Below, in pieces: positions 13,170 through 24,838 of a stretch of 64,000 bases of DNA. The notes beneath the pieces are model-generated. The model did not search any database. It worked only from the letters and a program-made list of their open reading frames with translations, and had not been told where the DNA came from. The translations under genes and the position numbers were made by a program. Each line of letters opens with the position of its first letter. Position 1 is the first letter of the stretch. Source of the stretch: Octopus bimaculoides (lineage: Eukaryota). Location of the stretch: the NCBI RefSeq assembly GCF_001194135.2, contig NC_068987.1:1213518-1277517 (forward strand), read 5' to 3'.

Positions 13170-14852
13170 TTTTTGTGTGTGTATACATACATATGGGGAA
13201 TTTATTGTCATATGTTGTGGTTTGTCAAGTCCACACTTGTTACAAGTATGGACTTGACAGAACAAAGTTATTATTATTATTATTATTATTGCTACTATCG
13301 TTGTTCATGTTGACCTAGAGTATGCCAAATAAATCTTAACACAAAGTTGGATACAAGTTTAGTTTTATACTTGGGAGAAAGTTTGCCAAGAGTTACTTCG
13401 TCTGAAGGAAAGTTTCACTGTACATCATGTGACGCATCTTTAACCCCCCCCTCTTTAGTTCGAGACTGAAAAACCTGGATTCTTGTTTAGCTACAGCTTC
13501 TGTAATAAACATTTGAAGAAGATATTGATTAGAAAAATATTTCATTTAGATTAATTACATAAATTAGGACGTTATTAAAAATAAAATAACGTTTTTCTGA
13601 GAGAAAAAAGAAAAGACTAGTAAAATCTAGAAGTAATTTGTTTATATTTTGTGTTTGGAAAGAATCCTCTGGGTGAGTCAGATTTAACAATTTCCAATGA
13701 CTCAACATTTGCAGACTAAAAGAACTTTGCCAGCTTAGTTTGAAAGCAACTCATCTAAAATATAGGGAATTCATTAAAAATATTAATTAAACTGAGACAA
13801 GGATGACGATGGTGGGTGGTAATCGATATACAAAGAGTATGATTTATTGATTCTTCCCTGCTTATTTCAGTGTGAGGTAAATGCTGGATGTAAAAATATT
13901 GCACACACGCATCATTGAAAATTCAAATTCTACATTTAGAAAAAGCACAAATTACAGGATTAAAACCACCAACTATAATTCATACTGAACACACACACAC
14001 ACACACACATTTATACACACCGTTTTAAAGGCATGATAATATTTTCTTACTGTTCTTTTATTTTGTCTGAGAGAAAATCTTTTCATAGACCTGTGTTAAA
14101 GCACATTATATACAGAGGGAGAGGTGAAAACTGTCTCTGGAAACGCAGACATATGAATTGTTGATGCCGTGTACATGTTTACCATTTGCTAAGACGAACT
14201 TCGTACTGTGTTATACAGAAAATAGCAACTAATACGATCCCTGATGTTGTAGAAAACTTACAAGGCTCTATAAAACTCGCGATATACCATTGAAATAGCT
14301 TTAAATGCAAATCATCTCCCTTATATCGTATTAAATGTTTATACATCATTGAAGATGCCGTTCTTTGTCATTATTATAATTTAGTCGAAGCTAAAGAATA
14401 TTTAAGAAAGAAGACAAGGTCACGCCTGGAATGCCTCTAACCATACTTCTTTTCAATCAGTGCGTACGTGAGGTTGAAAAAACAATGACCATATCTGTGA
14501 AATTCCAGCAAAGATCCTCCTAACTATAAAAACATTAAGGTCAACATTAAGGTCATATTTTCAAGTTCTTTTTTAACTGCGAAAACTGTTGTTTTTCTTC
14601 GAGGTCACGTTCACCTTAACACCACGTGACACTGAAATGAAGTCAAATATTAGCTCAGTTAAGCTTCTTGTAGATTATGTTCTTAACAAGCAATTCTCAT
14701 AATCTGAAATTTTCTAAGTTCAAGTGAAGATGATCAAAATATGTTAAAACCTTTTCGGATAGTGAGCTGTGAAACCGCTTTTGTTCAAAAATTGAACTGA
14801 AATATTTATTTACAAAATAACCAAAGATCTTATCACATCGACTCGGTACAGC

Positions 14853-14980
14853 CTGTTGTTGTTGTTGCTATTGTTGTTGTTGTTGTTGTTGTTGTTGCTG
14901 TTGCTGTTGTTGTTGCTGTTGTTGTTGCTGTTGCTGTTGTTGTTGTTGCTGCTGCTGCTGCTGCTGGCGGCGGCGGCGGC
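14853..14980. repeat. Compound trinucleotide repeat (TTG)n/(CTG)n/(GCG)n
   Basis: Direct reading. Confidence 0.92.
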
Positions 14981-15213
14981 AAGACGGTGCTGCTTTTTGA
15001 GTTTCTTAGTCAATATCGAAGTCAACCCTTAACAAATAATACTTTGGTCAAAGACATTCCAGCTACGGCCATCCTGTTTACAATTTCTAATGTGTTGCTA
15101 TCGCAGCAGAGTGTGTTGTGATATTTGGTTGCTATTTCAAGCTCCTTCGCCTCCTCTTTACTGAAGACAGAAAGATAGGTCGTCATCATCGTCTACATAG
15201 TAGTAGTACTACA

Positions 15214-15253
<40 letters not shown>

Positions 15254-15429
15254 ATAATAATAATAATAATACTTCAGTCCACTAATAATAATAATGATGA
15301 AATTTTATCCCTCAATAAATCAACATCTTCAAGTACTCAACAGTATGACCGCTTCAGCATAATTATCGGGTTTTATCCAACATCTTGGGTGTCCAGTATT
15401 AAAGAATTCTTCAACTTTCCACTCCACCG

Positions 15430-15648
15430 TTGCAAGGTCGTGATTTCAAACCTTAGACCGGGAGGTGCGTTGTGTTCTTAAACAAAAGTCTTCATCTCGC
15501 GTTGCTTTACGATCATTTCGACACTTGACGTGCGGCACACCGTCTACCTGAACAGAAAACGTCGATTTGCTGGAGAGATTCAGCTAACGCGCCGCCAGAA
15601 CATTCAATCAGCGTAACCAAATCATTTGTGCAGGTTGTTCGGCGAAAG
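15430..15648 (+). mobile_element. tRNA-headed CORE-like SINE, family E (D-like head, different tail)
   Basis: AAGGTCGTGATTTCAAACC and GTTGTGTTCTTAAACAA...CGTTGCT align to family D. The downstream ACACTTGACGTG...ATCATTTGTGCAGGTTGTTCGGC does not align to D. Confidence 0.6.
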
Positions 15649-15721
15649 ATGGACACTCATACCTTGTCTTGGACAGGAGAATCCAGCATCACTTAAATAT
15701 ACACATACACACATACATGCA

Positions 15722-16600
15722 GTTCTGAAAAGTGAAGTGAACAACATTGTACGAGTTGGCAGTGAACTCCTCAAGAAACACTCTCCTCCTGATGATCTCC
15801 TATACAGCCCCAAAACAGCTGGGGTCTCTTACCTCAGAGAAGACCTGGATAGAAAGCACTCAACATACAAAAAGAGACCATCCATGGGTATGTTGCCCGG
15901 AGGCTTGAAGAAAACAGTTGAACTGACACGAAGCTCAGCCGCTCTTGGACACAAGACTACTACATCACAGTTTCAAGGCTATGCGTTTGCAATCCAGGAA
16001 CTGGAGATTGCCACAAAGGACCTAGTGAACAAGAGAAGCAGTGACGTTCTTGTAATCCTAAAATGCAACCGCATGTGTAGGCTATGTCATGTTTCTATGG
16101 AAGACATGACGCATGTCATTAGCAGCTGTCCTAAAATGTCGTCATGGTACTACCTCCCTATGCGGCACGATGTTGTTGCTAAAACAATTGAAAATACCAT
16201 CCACAAAAAAGATTGTCCTGAAATAAACTTAGAAAATCACTCTGTTCTGGAAAACATTCATAAATACTAACTGAAGGAATATTGGTGGAATATCTGTCAA
16301 ATGTAAGCATAACAGGTCGGATATTGTTGTTTGAGACAACATATTCGTACCAATAATAATTGGAGCACTAGGTTTTGTTAGAAAATGCTTAAAGGAGAAT
16401 CTGGATGAATGGGATTTTCAGAAAGAGAAATCGACCGGATGATCTGTACATTACTGTGAGTGGAACAGTAAAAATATGGAAGAGTTTTCTCAAGTTCCAA
16501 ATGTGAATTTGTCTGCTTTAACTACATCCCAAAGATGTAGCCTTGTATCTTTATTGGAAACTAGCTTCCTCCTCGGTAGAAGATTTATAATAATTAAAAA
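15722..16600 (+). mobile_element. R4/Dong-type non-LTR retrotransposon 3' fragment (zinc knuckle + REL)
   Basis: FQGYAFAIQELEIATK, CCHC knuckle CRLCHVSMEDMTHVISSC (Cx2Cx8Hx4C), RHDVVAK, KEYWWNI, KHNRSDIVV, IGALG and GTVKIWKSF. Stops and deletions present. Confidence 0.88.
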
Positions 16601-16633
16601 TAGAAGAGACATACATATGCATACATACATACA

Positions 16634-16671
<38 letters not shown>

Positions 16672-16861
16672 AGCAGAAGTAACAGTGACTCAAGGTCCAC
16701 AGGTACCTGCGTTGGCACTTATCAAACCTACACACACACACATGTATGTATATACATTCATACATGCACATACAAACATATCTATCTATCTATCTATCTA
16801 TAAAATATATATAAAAGTAAATTATACATGTACATACATTAATATAAACATATGTTAGTGA

Positions 16862-16896
<35 letters not shown>

Positions 16897-19636
16897 TATA
16901 TATATATGTATGTATGAATGTATATACATATACGTATATAATATACATGTAGTTGTAATGATAAATATAGTTTGTTTTTGAATATTGCTCAAATTGGATT
17001 TAAATGACTTCTTTTCCTTATGAATAGCGTTAGCCATATTAAACGGAAATAATGAATTTTTTTGTGAACTCTGCAGAGAGAAATTGATTCTGGTAGCAGA
17101 CAAACACATGAAGACAGAATACTTCTCAGAATAGAATAACTATTTCATGCTTATTAAACACAGTTTTACACGGCGAGGAAGAAAAAAAATATACCATAAA
17201 TATACTATAAAGAAAACTAGCATTTTGACGGGAGTTTTTTTCTTTTTAAATGGTGAACGATGTTGAATGATAATCTAACCAGAATTCTAAATAATTACCA
17301 GGAAATGCTATCCGATTAAGGTAGATAATTCTTTTTATAGTAAGCAAATATCTATCTCGGTGACAACTGTAAAATATTAGAGCAATAATTTTATAAATAT
17401 TCGGAATTTCAGAATGGAGGTATAATCACACATACCATACTTAATTTTGGTCTAACAAGATTTTCTGATATGTAGATATATATTCATGGAGAGAAAATTG
17501 CCATGCAATTCTCTACAACATATCAAAATGTCGTTTCTTTTTATTTGTCGTAATCAAATTCGGTTAGATTCTTATGAGAGACACATCAATGTTTAGTCTT
17601 ACAAACCAAATATTTCGTAAATCACAACCTACCGTCTTTTAAGAATAGAAGTCTTCATCAGATATTGTGACCCCAAACTTCATAAAAACTAAAGGAAAAT
17701 TGGAAAGGTCACAGTTGGAGTGACTGTTATAATTGGTCTACTTGTTCAGATTTCGTTCCGGTTCAAACAACAACAGCCGCAACTCATATACATCACAATA
17801 TCTATAAACATAAAACTGCAAAGGTCTTTCAATTTTGACAATGAGATATTAGGCGCGGTCATTGTGACTAAACTTCAGGATATTCACGCTTCAAAGGAAT
17901 CATCTTCCACCACAACTTCCGTTCTGCAAATAAACTAGACACAGAAAAATATAGGAGCATCAGATTCAGGCGTCAGAACTCTTTCATAAAAACCACGTGA
18001 CCACGTGTGCCCTGATTCCTTTCTCTATAACAGTTGGCTCGAGACAATACACCGACGACAACAAGCACAGATACATAAAATAAGAAGAACACATGTCGAG
18101 TACAACTCAAATATCTGCAAAGTACGCAGATCAACCGGTTCGCCTTCCGACTACAATTTACTGTAATAAATATAAAAAGTTTCATTGGATAACATAGTTC
18201 CAGATATATTTGGGGGTGGAATGGAAAGGCGGAACGGCCACAGTATGTTTTATATGGTGGAATTCTCGATGCATTGTGATAGGAAGGTCAGCTCTTGGAG
18301 CGGCATTGACCTGCGACATCAGTACCGACTTGGTACTAAGCAACCACAACAACAACAACAACAACACGAGGAACCCACTCTTCTGCGTTTTACAGAACGT
18401 CTTCGATCTGTAGAAGTTGTAAAGCTGACATCAATGATATCGATCTGAGTGGAGGGTGTTTTGAAGGGCTATGAGCGGTGCCCTCATTAGACAAAATGAA
18501 AACGATAAAACACTATCTGTCACGTCTTCATTTGTTCTCCAATTGACTGAAACGATGAAAAACTTCAAAGACCATTCTTTCTATTCACAGAATCACCGTC
18601 CGGCATCCATGACTTTAAAGAATATTAACGTCTCTCTACATTCCATTATTCATTGGTTCAAACGAGAAGGAATTCATTTGAAATATTTCAACTTGTAATG
18701 CTTCCTGCCCCGATTTATAATATTTATGAAATAGATTTTGTCGGAGTGAACAATGGCGTTCTCACCAGAATAAAGTCACGAGACATATTTTCTGAATCTT
18801 CTGAAGACTCTACGGTTTAAAGGTTTTCTTACTTAACCTTCGAACAATATCTTGATGATTAAGTTCACTCTAAGATATTTCTCATCTCGATCCAAGAGTA
18901 AATTGGATATATATAATATTTATATTGATATCGTTGTGTATCTGCTTCCTAATAGAATCAAAGTAGATACTTGGAATATTTAATGGTGTCACACTAAACT
19001 CTTTATACGTCGCGAATTTAGCTCCAGCGTCGCAAGTGTTCGACAGTTTTCATTCCATATTTGTTTATTATTCTTTCTCCATTAGAAATCTGTTATTAAA
19101 TTTGTAGAAGAGGAATTTGGCCAAAGATCACAGACCTAATATTAGTGAGAATTAATTTAAGAGAATATATAATTTAAAAGAGTACGCAGAGAAAATGGTA
19201 ACACACGTATTGTCAAACTTTTGGACGAGCGTTTTCTCACTAAACCCCAGGTCAATTGTATTGCTGCTTTAACGTTAAACTATAGATCTTTTGAGTCACT
19301 ACTTTAACAATTTCACTCTGTTATATATACGCTAGAAATAGCAACTAAATATCCCTCCAGTGTTTGAAACTAGACGCAATGGTGAAATATAACGGTTGGT
19401 GTTGAATGAAATGAGCTTGGTTGTAGTTTACACTGTCCCCGTCTGACCTGGAGTTAAGTAGAAACAACAGCTAAATGAGTCATCACGTAGACTTGTTGCA
19501 GACATACTTAGTGTCCTTAAATGACAACAGAAAATCTAGTTCCACTAGAACAAGATGTGAATATTTGGCCATTTATGTAAAGATTGAATGCAAAAACTGA
19601 GATGTGAGCAATTGTAAAATAAAGTAAACGTAAAAC

Positions 19637-19671
<35 letters not shown>

Positions 19672-20378
19672 GTGATATGAAAATTAAAGAATTAGTAAAA
19701 AGAAAAATTAGAAGAAAATATGCCATCTAAAAGAAATAATAATGATAGGCAAGTCTCTCTGTGAATTATTGAAGTATTCTGATTGGATAGGAAAAAAAAT
19801 TCGATCAGATAGATTTTCCTGATGGAGATTAAAATCGATGCTAGATTTCGTTGTTATTATTATGGATTGGTGAGAAGCTGATGATAATTAAATCTCTAAC
19901 TCTGATCACATGGAGGGAATATTCGATCGAAATGAATCAAACGAAGTGTGTCATTGATTAGACTATTGAACTGCATGTCTCAATTTGATTGCTATCTATA
20001 CACTATAACAAACTGGGATAATTATCAGAGAAAATACAGTATGTATTTTTGACATGCTTAAATAATAGAAACACATGTAAATAGTTAAAGCAGGATATTT
20101 ATTGTCAATGAGGCCCCTCAAATAAAGGGCGGTAATCGATTTAATCTAATGAAGTCACACCACAAGAAAAAGGTCAACATCTCGCCTTGAGGTATTCTTT
20201 CTCCTGTCTCAGCTATTCCATCTGCACTGCAATGGATCTCTATTTTTCCAACTTGGATCATCTGATGGCAACACCATTCACACATACAAAATATTCTCAT
20301 TTCTCTTCTTTTGGTCATCGAATCTCACACATCACAAGCTCCATAGTAACAACTCCGTCTAGTTCTTCTGTCCCGTCT

Positions 20379-20736
20379 GCGAAATTTTTCCCCATGAAAG
20401 TTCCGGATCCCAGTAATGAACTCATTTGCATACAGCCAATCAGAACTCACCTTGACAGGTAGAGGGTGATGTGCTAACAACCCCCTCCCCGTACTGTTTC
20501 ACAAAGTAAACAACAACACAAATAACTACACAGAGGCAGCCATGATTGAAACAAGAACAACAAGCATTCGTAAAAGAGAAAAGAAGAATGGTCATTCCTT
20601 ACCCAAGTGACCTTATCTTATCGTCCATCACTTGTTATACGCTCATAAATTAGTTTGATAGTTGAGCTCTGATTGGCTGTATGCAAATGAATTCATAACT
20701 TCGGTCCGGAACTCTCGTGGGAAAAAAAAAATTCAC
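20379..20736. mobile_element. Non-autonomous TIR element (MITE) with 9-bp TSD, Mutator/MULE-like
   Basis: GTCCCGTCT at 20370-20378 and 20737-20745 flanks imperfect ~72-76 bp inverted repeats (20379-20450 and 20661-20736). The repeats share an identical 23-bp core. No coding capacity. Confidence 0.75.
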
Positions 20737-20910
20737 GTCCCGTCTTCCTCCTTTCCTTTCTTTCCAGAACACAAATCCGCTAGGCCCTCACATGTATCTT
20801 TTTCTCCCTTTTAAACTTATAGCTGCCGGTTCAATGTGCATCAACAACAACATACTACTCCTACTACTACTACTACTACTACTAGTAGTAATAGTAGTTT
20901 TATATTATTC

Positions 20911-21283
20911 AAGCAGCGAGCTGGCAGAATCGTTAATACGCCGGGCAATATGCTTAGCGACGTTTCGTCCGTCCTTACGTTCTCAATTCAATCGATGCCG
21001 AGGCTGACTTTGCTTTTCATCCTTTCGGACACGATGAAATATCTTCCAGTTGAGCGATCTAACCGACTTATTCCCTTCCTCAAGATTGCTGGACTTGTGT
21101 CAAAAGGCGGCGAGATAGTATAATGCTTGGCAGTATTTCATCCGTCTTTATTTTCTGAATTCAAAAGCCACCAAAGTTTGTTTTGTCTTTTATCCTTTAG
21201 GGGTCGATAAAAAAAAATAGCAGGGGACAGTGTAGCCGACAAACTTCCTTCCTCTAAATTCCAAGCCTTGTGCCTATATTTGC
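20911..21283 (+). mobile_element. Two tandem family A SINE copies
   Basis: Heads AAGCAGCGAGCTGGCAGAATCGTT (20911) and AAGGCGGCGAG (21104), each followed by TTCATCCTTT/GGGGTCGAT-type and CTTGTG tail motifs. Confidence 0.75.
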
Positions 21284-21311
21284 AATAATAATAATAATAA
21301 TAATAATAATA

Positions 21312-21790
21312 AAGACATATTGAAAGACTTCAGACAAAAATCCTGCCTCCTCATTGACATGACTGTCCCAATGGACATAAATGTATCTGTCAAGACCTAC
21401 CAAAAACTGAGCAAGTGTAAAGAACTTGAAATGGAAATTGGCAAAATGTGGAACCTGAAAAGTAAAACAATACCTGTTGTCATAGGTGACCTGGGAATGA
21501 TAGCAAAAGGGGCTAATTCCTACCTAGCTCAGATACTAGGGAACCCCAAAATGCCAGAAATTCAAAAGATAGTGCTCATGGAAACTGCCCATATCCTACG
21601 TAAAATACCGTCTATGTAATCTCAAATTTTAAAGCAAACTCATAATTAAAAAAAAATTTTCTTAAACATTCTCTAGAACAATATTTTGTGCAAAACCAAA
21701 TATATGACACCTTAGGCATAACACCAGCATGAACTTCGAACTTGTTGGCCCTTGAGGTGTCTGGGTGAAACTTGGACTCAAGTCAAACAT
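21312..21790 (+). mobile_element. R4/Dong-type REL C-terminus plus probable 3' UTR
   Basis: KSCLLIDMTVPMDINVSVKTYQKLSKCKELEMEIGKMWNLKSKTIPVVIGDLG...IQKIVLMETAHILRK. The 5' junction sits in (AAT)n. Confidence 0.88.
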
Positions 21791-21798
21791 GTTAATAT

Positions 21799-22093
21799 GG
21801 ATCCAAAAGTGTGTAGACGTAAGAGCAGAAGAAAGATGGATCAATTACTAATCGGAAAGACTATCCTGGATGACTGCAAGAAGAGACGCAAAAATTTGCC
21901 GATGGCATGGGTGGACTACAGGAAAGCATTTGACATGGTCTCACACTCGTGGATGTTTGAATGCCTTAAACTGCTTAAGGTATCGCACAATATCCTGAAG
22001 TTAATACAAAACTCAATGACAATGTGGCGAACTGGACTCAGCATGCTCGGAGAGGTAAATATCAAAAGAGGAGTCTTTCAAGGGGACAGTCTG
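21799..22093 (+). mobile_element. R4/Dong-type reverse transcriptase fragment
   Basis: CRRKSRRKMDQLLIGKTILDDCKKRRKNLPMAWVDYRKAFDMVSHSW...IKRGVFQGDSL covers the RT motifs DxxKAFD and GxxQGD. Confidence 0.9.
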
Positions 22094-22102
22094 TTGCAAG
22101 TG

Positions 22103-22233
22103 TTTTACTGGTACTTAATTTATCGACCCCGAATGTATGAAAGACAAAGTCGGATTCAGCGGAAGTTGAACTCGGAAAGTAAAGACTGGGCGAAATACCG
22201 CGAAGCATTTCGCCCGGCGTGCTGACTATGCTG
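22103..22233 (-). mobile_element. Family A SINE
   Basis: Reverse complement shows CACGCCGGGCGAAATGCTT, GAGTTCAACTTCCGC and GGGGTCGATAAATTAAGTACCAGT. Confidence 0.8.
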
Positions 22234-22289
22234 TAATAATAATAATAATAATAATGATGATAATAAAAATAATAATAATAATGATGATG

Positions 22290-22339
<50 letters not shown>

Positions 22340-22358
22340 TATTATTATTATTATTATT
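22234..22358. repeat. (AAT)n that flips to (ATT)n
   Basis: Direct reading; the strand flip is at about 22338-22339. Confidence 0.92.
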
Positions 22359-22515
22359 AAGGCGGCGAGCAATCAGACTTCTTAGAAGGCCGGAAGAAAA
22401 TGCTTATCGTTATCTCTTCCGGCTCTTTAGGTTCTTCAGCCGTTGATTTTGCATTTCATCTATTCGGAGTCGATAAAATTAATACCAGTCAAGTACTGGA
22501 GCCGATGATATCGAT
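22359..22515 (+). mobile_element. Family A SINE (diverged)
   Basis: AAGGCGGCGAGC, AAATGCTT and TTTCATCTATTCGGAGTCGATAAAATTAATACCAGT. Confidence 0.7.
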
Positions 22516-22548
22516 GAGCTTACTGTGTCGATGCTGGCNNNNNNNNNN

Positions 22549-22589
<41 letters not shown>

Positions 22590-24418
22590 GTGTGTAATTT
22601 TGTACGTATGTAAATGGATGTATATATTAGCTATGTATGCGGGGCGTGTGTGCACTGACGCATGTATGTATTGGCATGTTCCTTGAATGATAATAAAGTC
22701 GTAGAGCGATTGTGTTAAGAACTCCATGCTTAAAACATAAACCGAACCTATTTTGTGAATAACTGACAACTCCAACAACAACAACATCGCCATCAACGAT
22801 AACGAGGACAACTACAACGACAGTAAATGTATCACTAATAAAACTAAGAAAATCTTGTCGCTCGAAATAGTACAATGGAAAGGAATTGTTCATTGTGATA
22901 CTTTCGCCATTTATAGTATACTCGTCTCTCATCGATTATCGTCTGCGATGCCTTCATAACCAAACAACTACACGTATAAATAAATAAATAAAAATATAAA
23001 TCAAGAATAAAAGATAAATAAAAGGTAAAATTGAATGAATAAACAAGGAATATATCTAAACAAAGCAAAGCAAATAAAACTACGCACACAAACACACACA
23101 CACGTAAACACACACACGTAAACACATAAACACACACACACGCACGCACACACACAGACACACACGTACACACACAATCACTGCACATACTCCTATACAA
23201 CGCATTGCATTGGAGAAGATTCTGGATTACGACTTTGTTCGCAAGTAATCGTATTAAAGTGACAATGCAAGGATGTCGAACAGAAGCTGATCACGTGACA
23301 GCATTACAATATCCGCTGTAGCGATTAAAATGGCTGCCGAGCTGTTTTCTCAATCGAATCTTGGTTTACGCCGCTGTCGTTGTTGTTGATGCTGCTGCTG
23401 TTGTTGTTGCTGGGTGGTGGTGGTGGTGGTGTTGATGTCGATGATGTATCTCTATTGCCACATCTTTCTCTTGTCTTTCTTTCTATCTATCTCTTACCTG
23501 TATTATGTAAAAAAAAAGCAAGAAAAACGAGGGGAGGGGAGGGGTTTATAGAATTGTGTAGTTTGTTTGTGATGTTAATCTAAGTCTTGACTTCTCCACT
23601 ACAACTACACCTTCCACCGTAACCTCACCACCACCACCACCTTAACCACCGTTAAGCTAACCGTCTTATCCATACTCAATCCTTCTCCTTAACAACCTCA
23701 TTATTCGACATCTCATAGAAATAGCGATCCGTCTTAGTACTGTTCTATGCTATGCATGTGGGTTGTGTGTGTGTGTGTGGGGGGTTCCATCCTATCAAGA
23801 TTCGATGGGTTACGCGACAAATGCGATATGCAACATGCGTGCATATGCCATGCATATCTGCTTACACACCTATGCACATGCAGCGTCCATACCAAATATG
23901 GGTATAAATATACATAATAAAAGAATGGATATATGTCACTGAATACGAGGGAGAGAAGGAAGGTACTCGACGACTGCGAAGTAGAGCGGGATATAAGATA
24001 CGAGAAGCACGATTTCAAATTTCATTAGATCATCTTTGTGTTTCTGGCAATTAATAGGGTGACAGTTGGAACTCGGAGTGGAGTTGGTGATTATATATAT
24101 ATATTTGTACATACATGCAAACACACATGTATATGTGTGTATATATGTATATATGCATACAAATGCACGCACACTGCTGATACGCACGCGTGCGCGCGCA
24201 TATATGTATTTACCCCACGCCTTTTTGTCAATATAATCTTTAAAAACCCTACATATCTGATATTGTTCTTATTCATTAATATACTGGTTTTCACTTCTAT
24301 CTATCTTTATATATTTACTCATCCCTCTCTCTCTTTTTCTCTCTCTCTCATATGTGTGTGTCTAAGGCCGTCTTTCTACCGAATAATCACTTTATACATT
24401 AAACTTCTATATCTCCCG

Positions 24419-24487
<69 letters not shown>

Positions 24488-24657
24488 AATATCAATTTCT
24501 ACGAGCCTGACAGTGTGGCAAGATAGAGCAAGCCGAAACTTTGGTATCATTGTGAACATTTCCTATGTACAAGACTAATAAATATACATATTTCTCTCGC
24601 ACACATACACACACACACATACATACATACAAACATACATACATACAAACATAATCG

Positions 24658-24838
24658 AAGCTGTGTGGTTAGAAGATAGCTTCTCAACGCCAAGCTCCCG
24701 CATTCGGCAAAAAGGGCTGATAGAATAAGTATCCGCTTTAAAAATAGCAACTACTAAGCTCGATAATTTAGACTAAAATATTCGTCAAGGTGATGCCCCA
24801 GCATAGCCACTGTGTAATGAGGGAAACACGTAAAAGAG
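24658..24838 (+). mobile_element. Family C-related SINE, internally deleted
   Basis: Head GCTGTGTGGTT joined to tail TTCGGCAAAA...GATAGAATAAGTA...GTGATGCCCCAGCATAGCC...GAAACACGTAAAAGA. Confidence 0.6.

Noticed and set aside
14810-15025. Minus-strand ORF TKKLKKQHRLAAAAASSSSSSNNNN, resembling a transcription-factor low-complexity tail
   Set aside because: Generated by the trinucleotide repeat; no WFQNRR or other domain upstream, and no convincing splice context.
18182-18400. Minus-strand signal-peptide-like stretch FLVLLLLLWLLSTKSVLMSQVNAAP
   Set aside because: Hydrophobicity comes from a (TTG)n run; there is no in-frame ATG before it and no recognisable precursor features. Revisit only if RNA-seq shows an exon.
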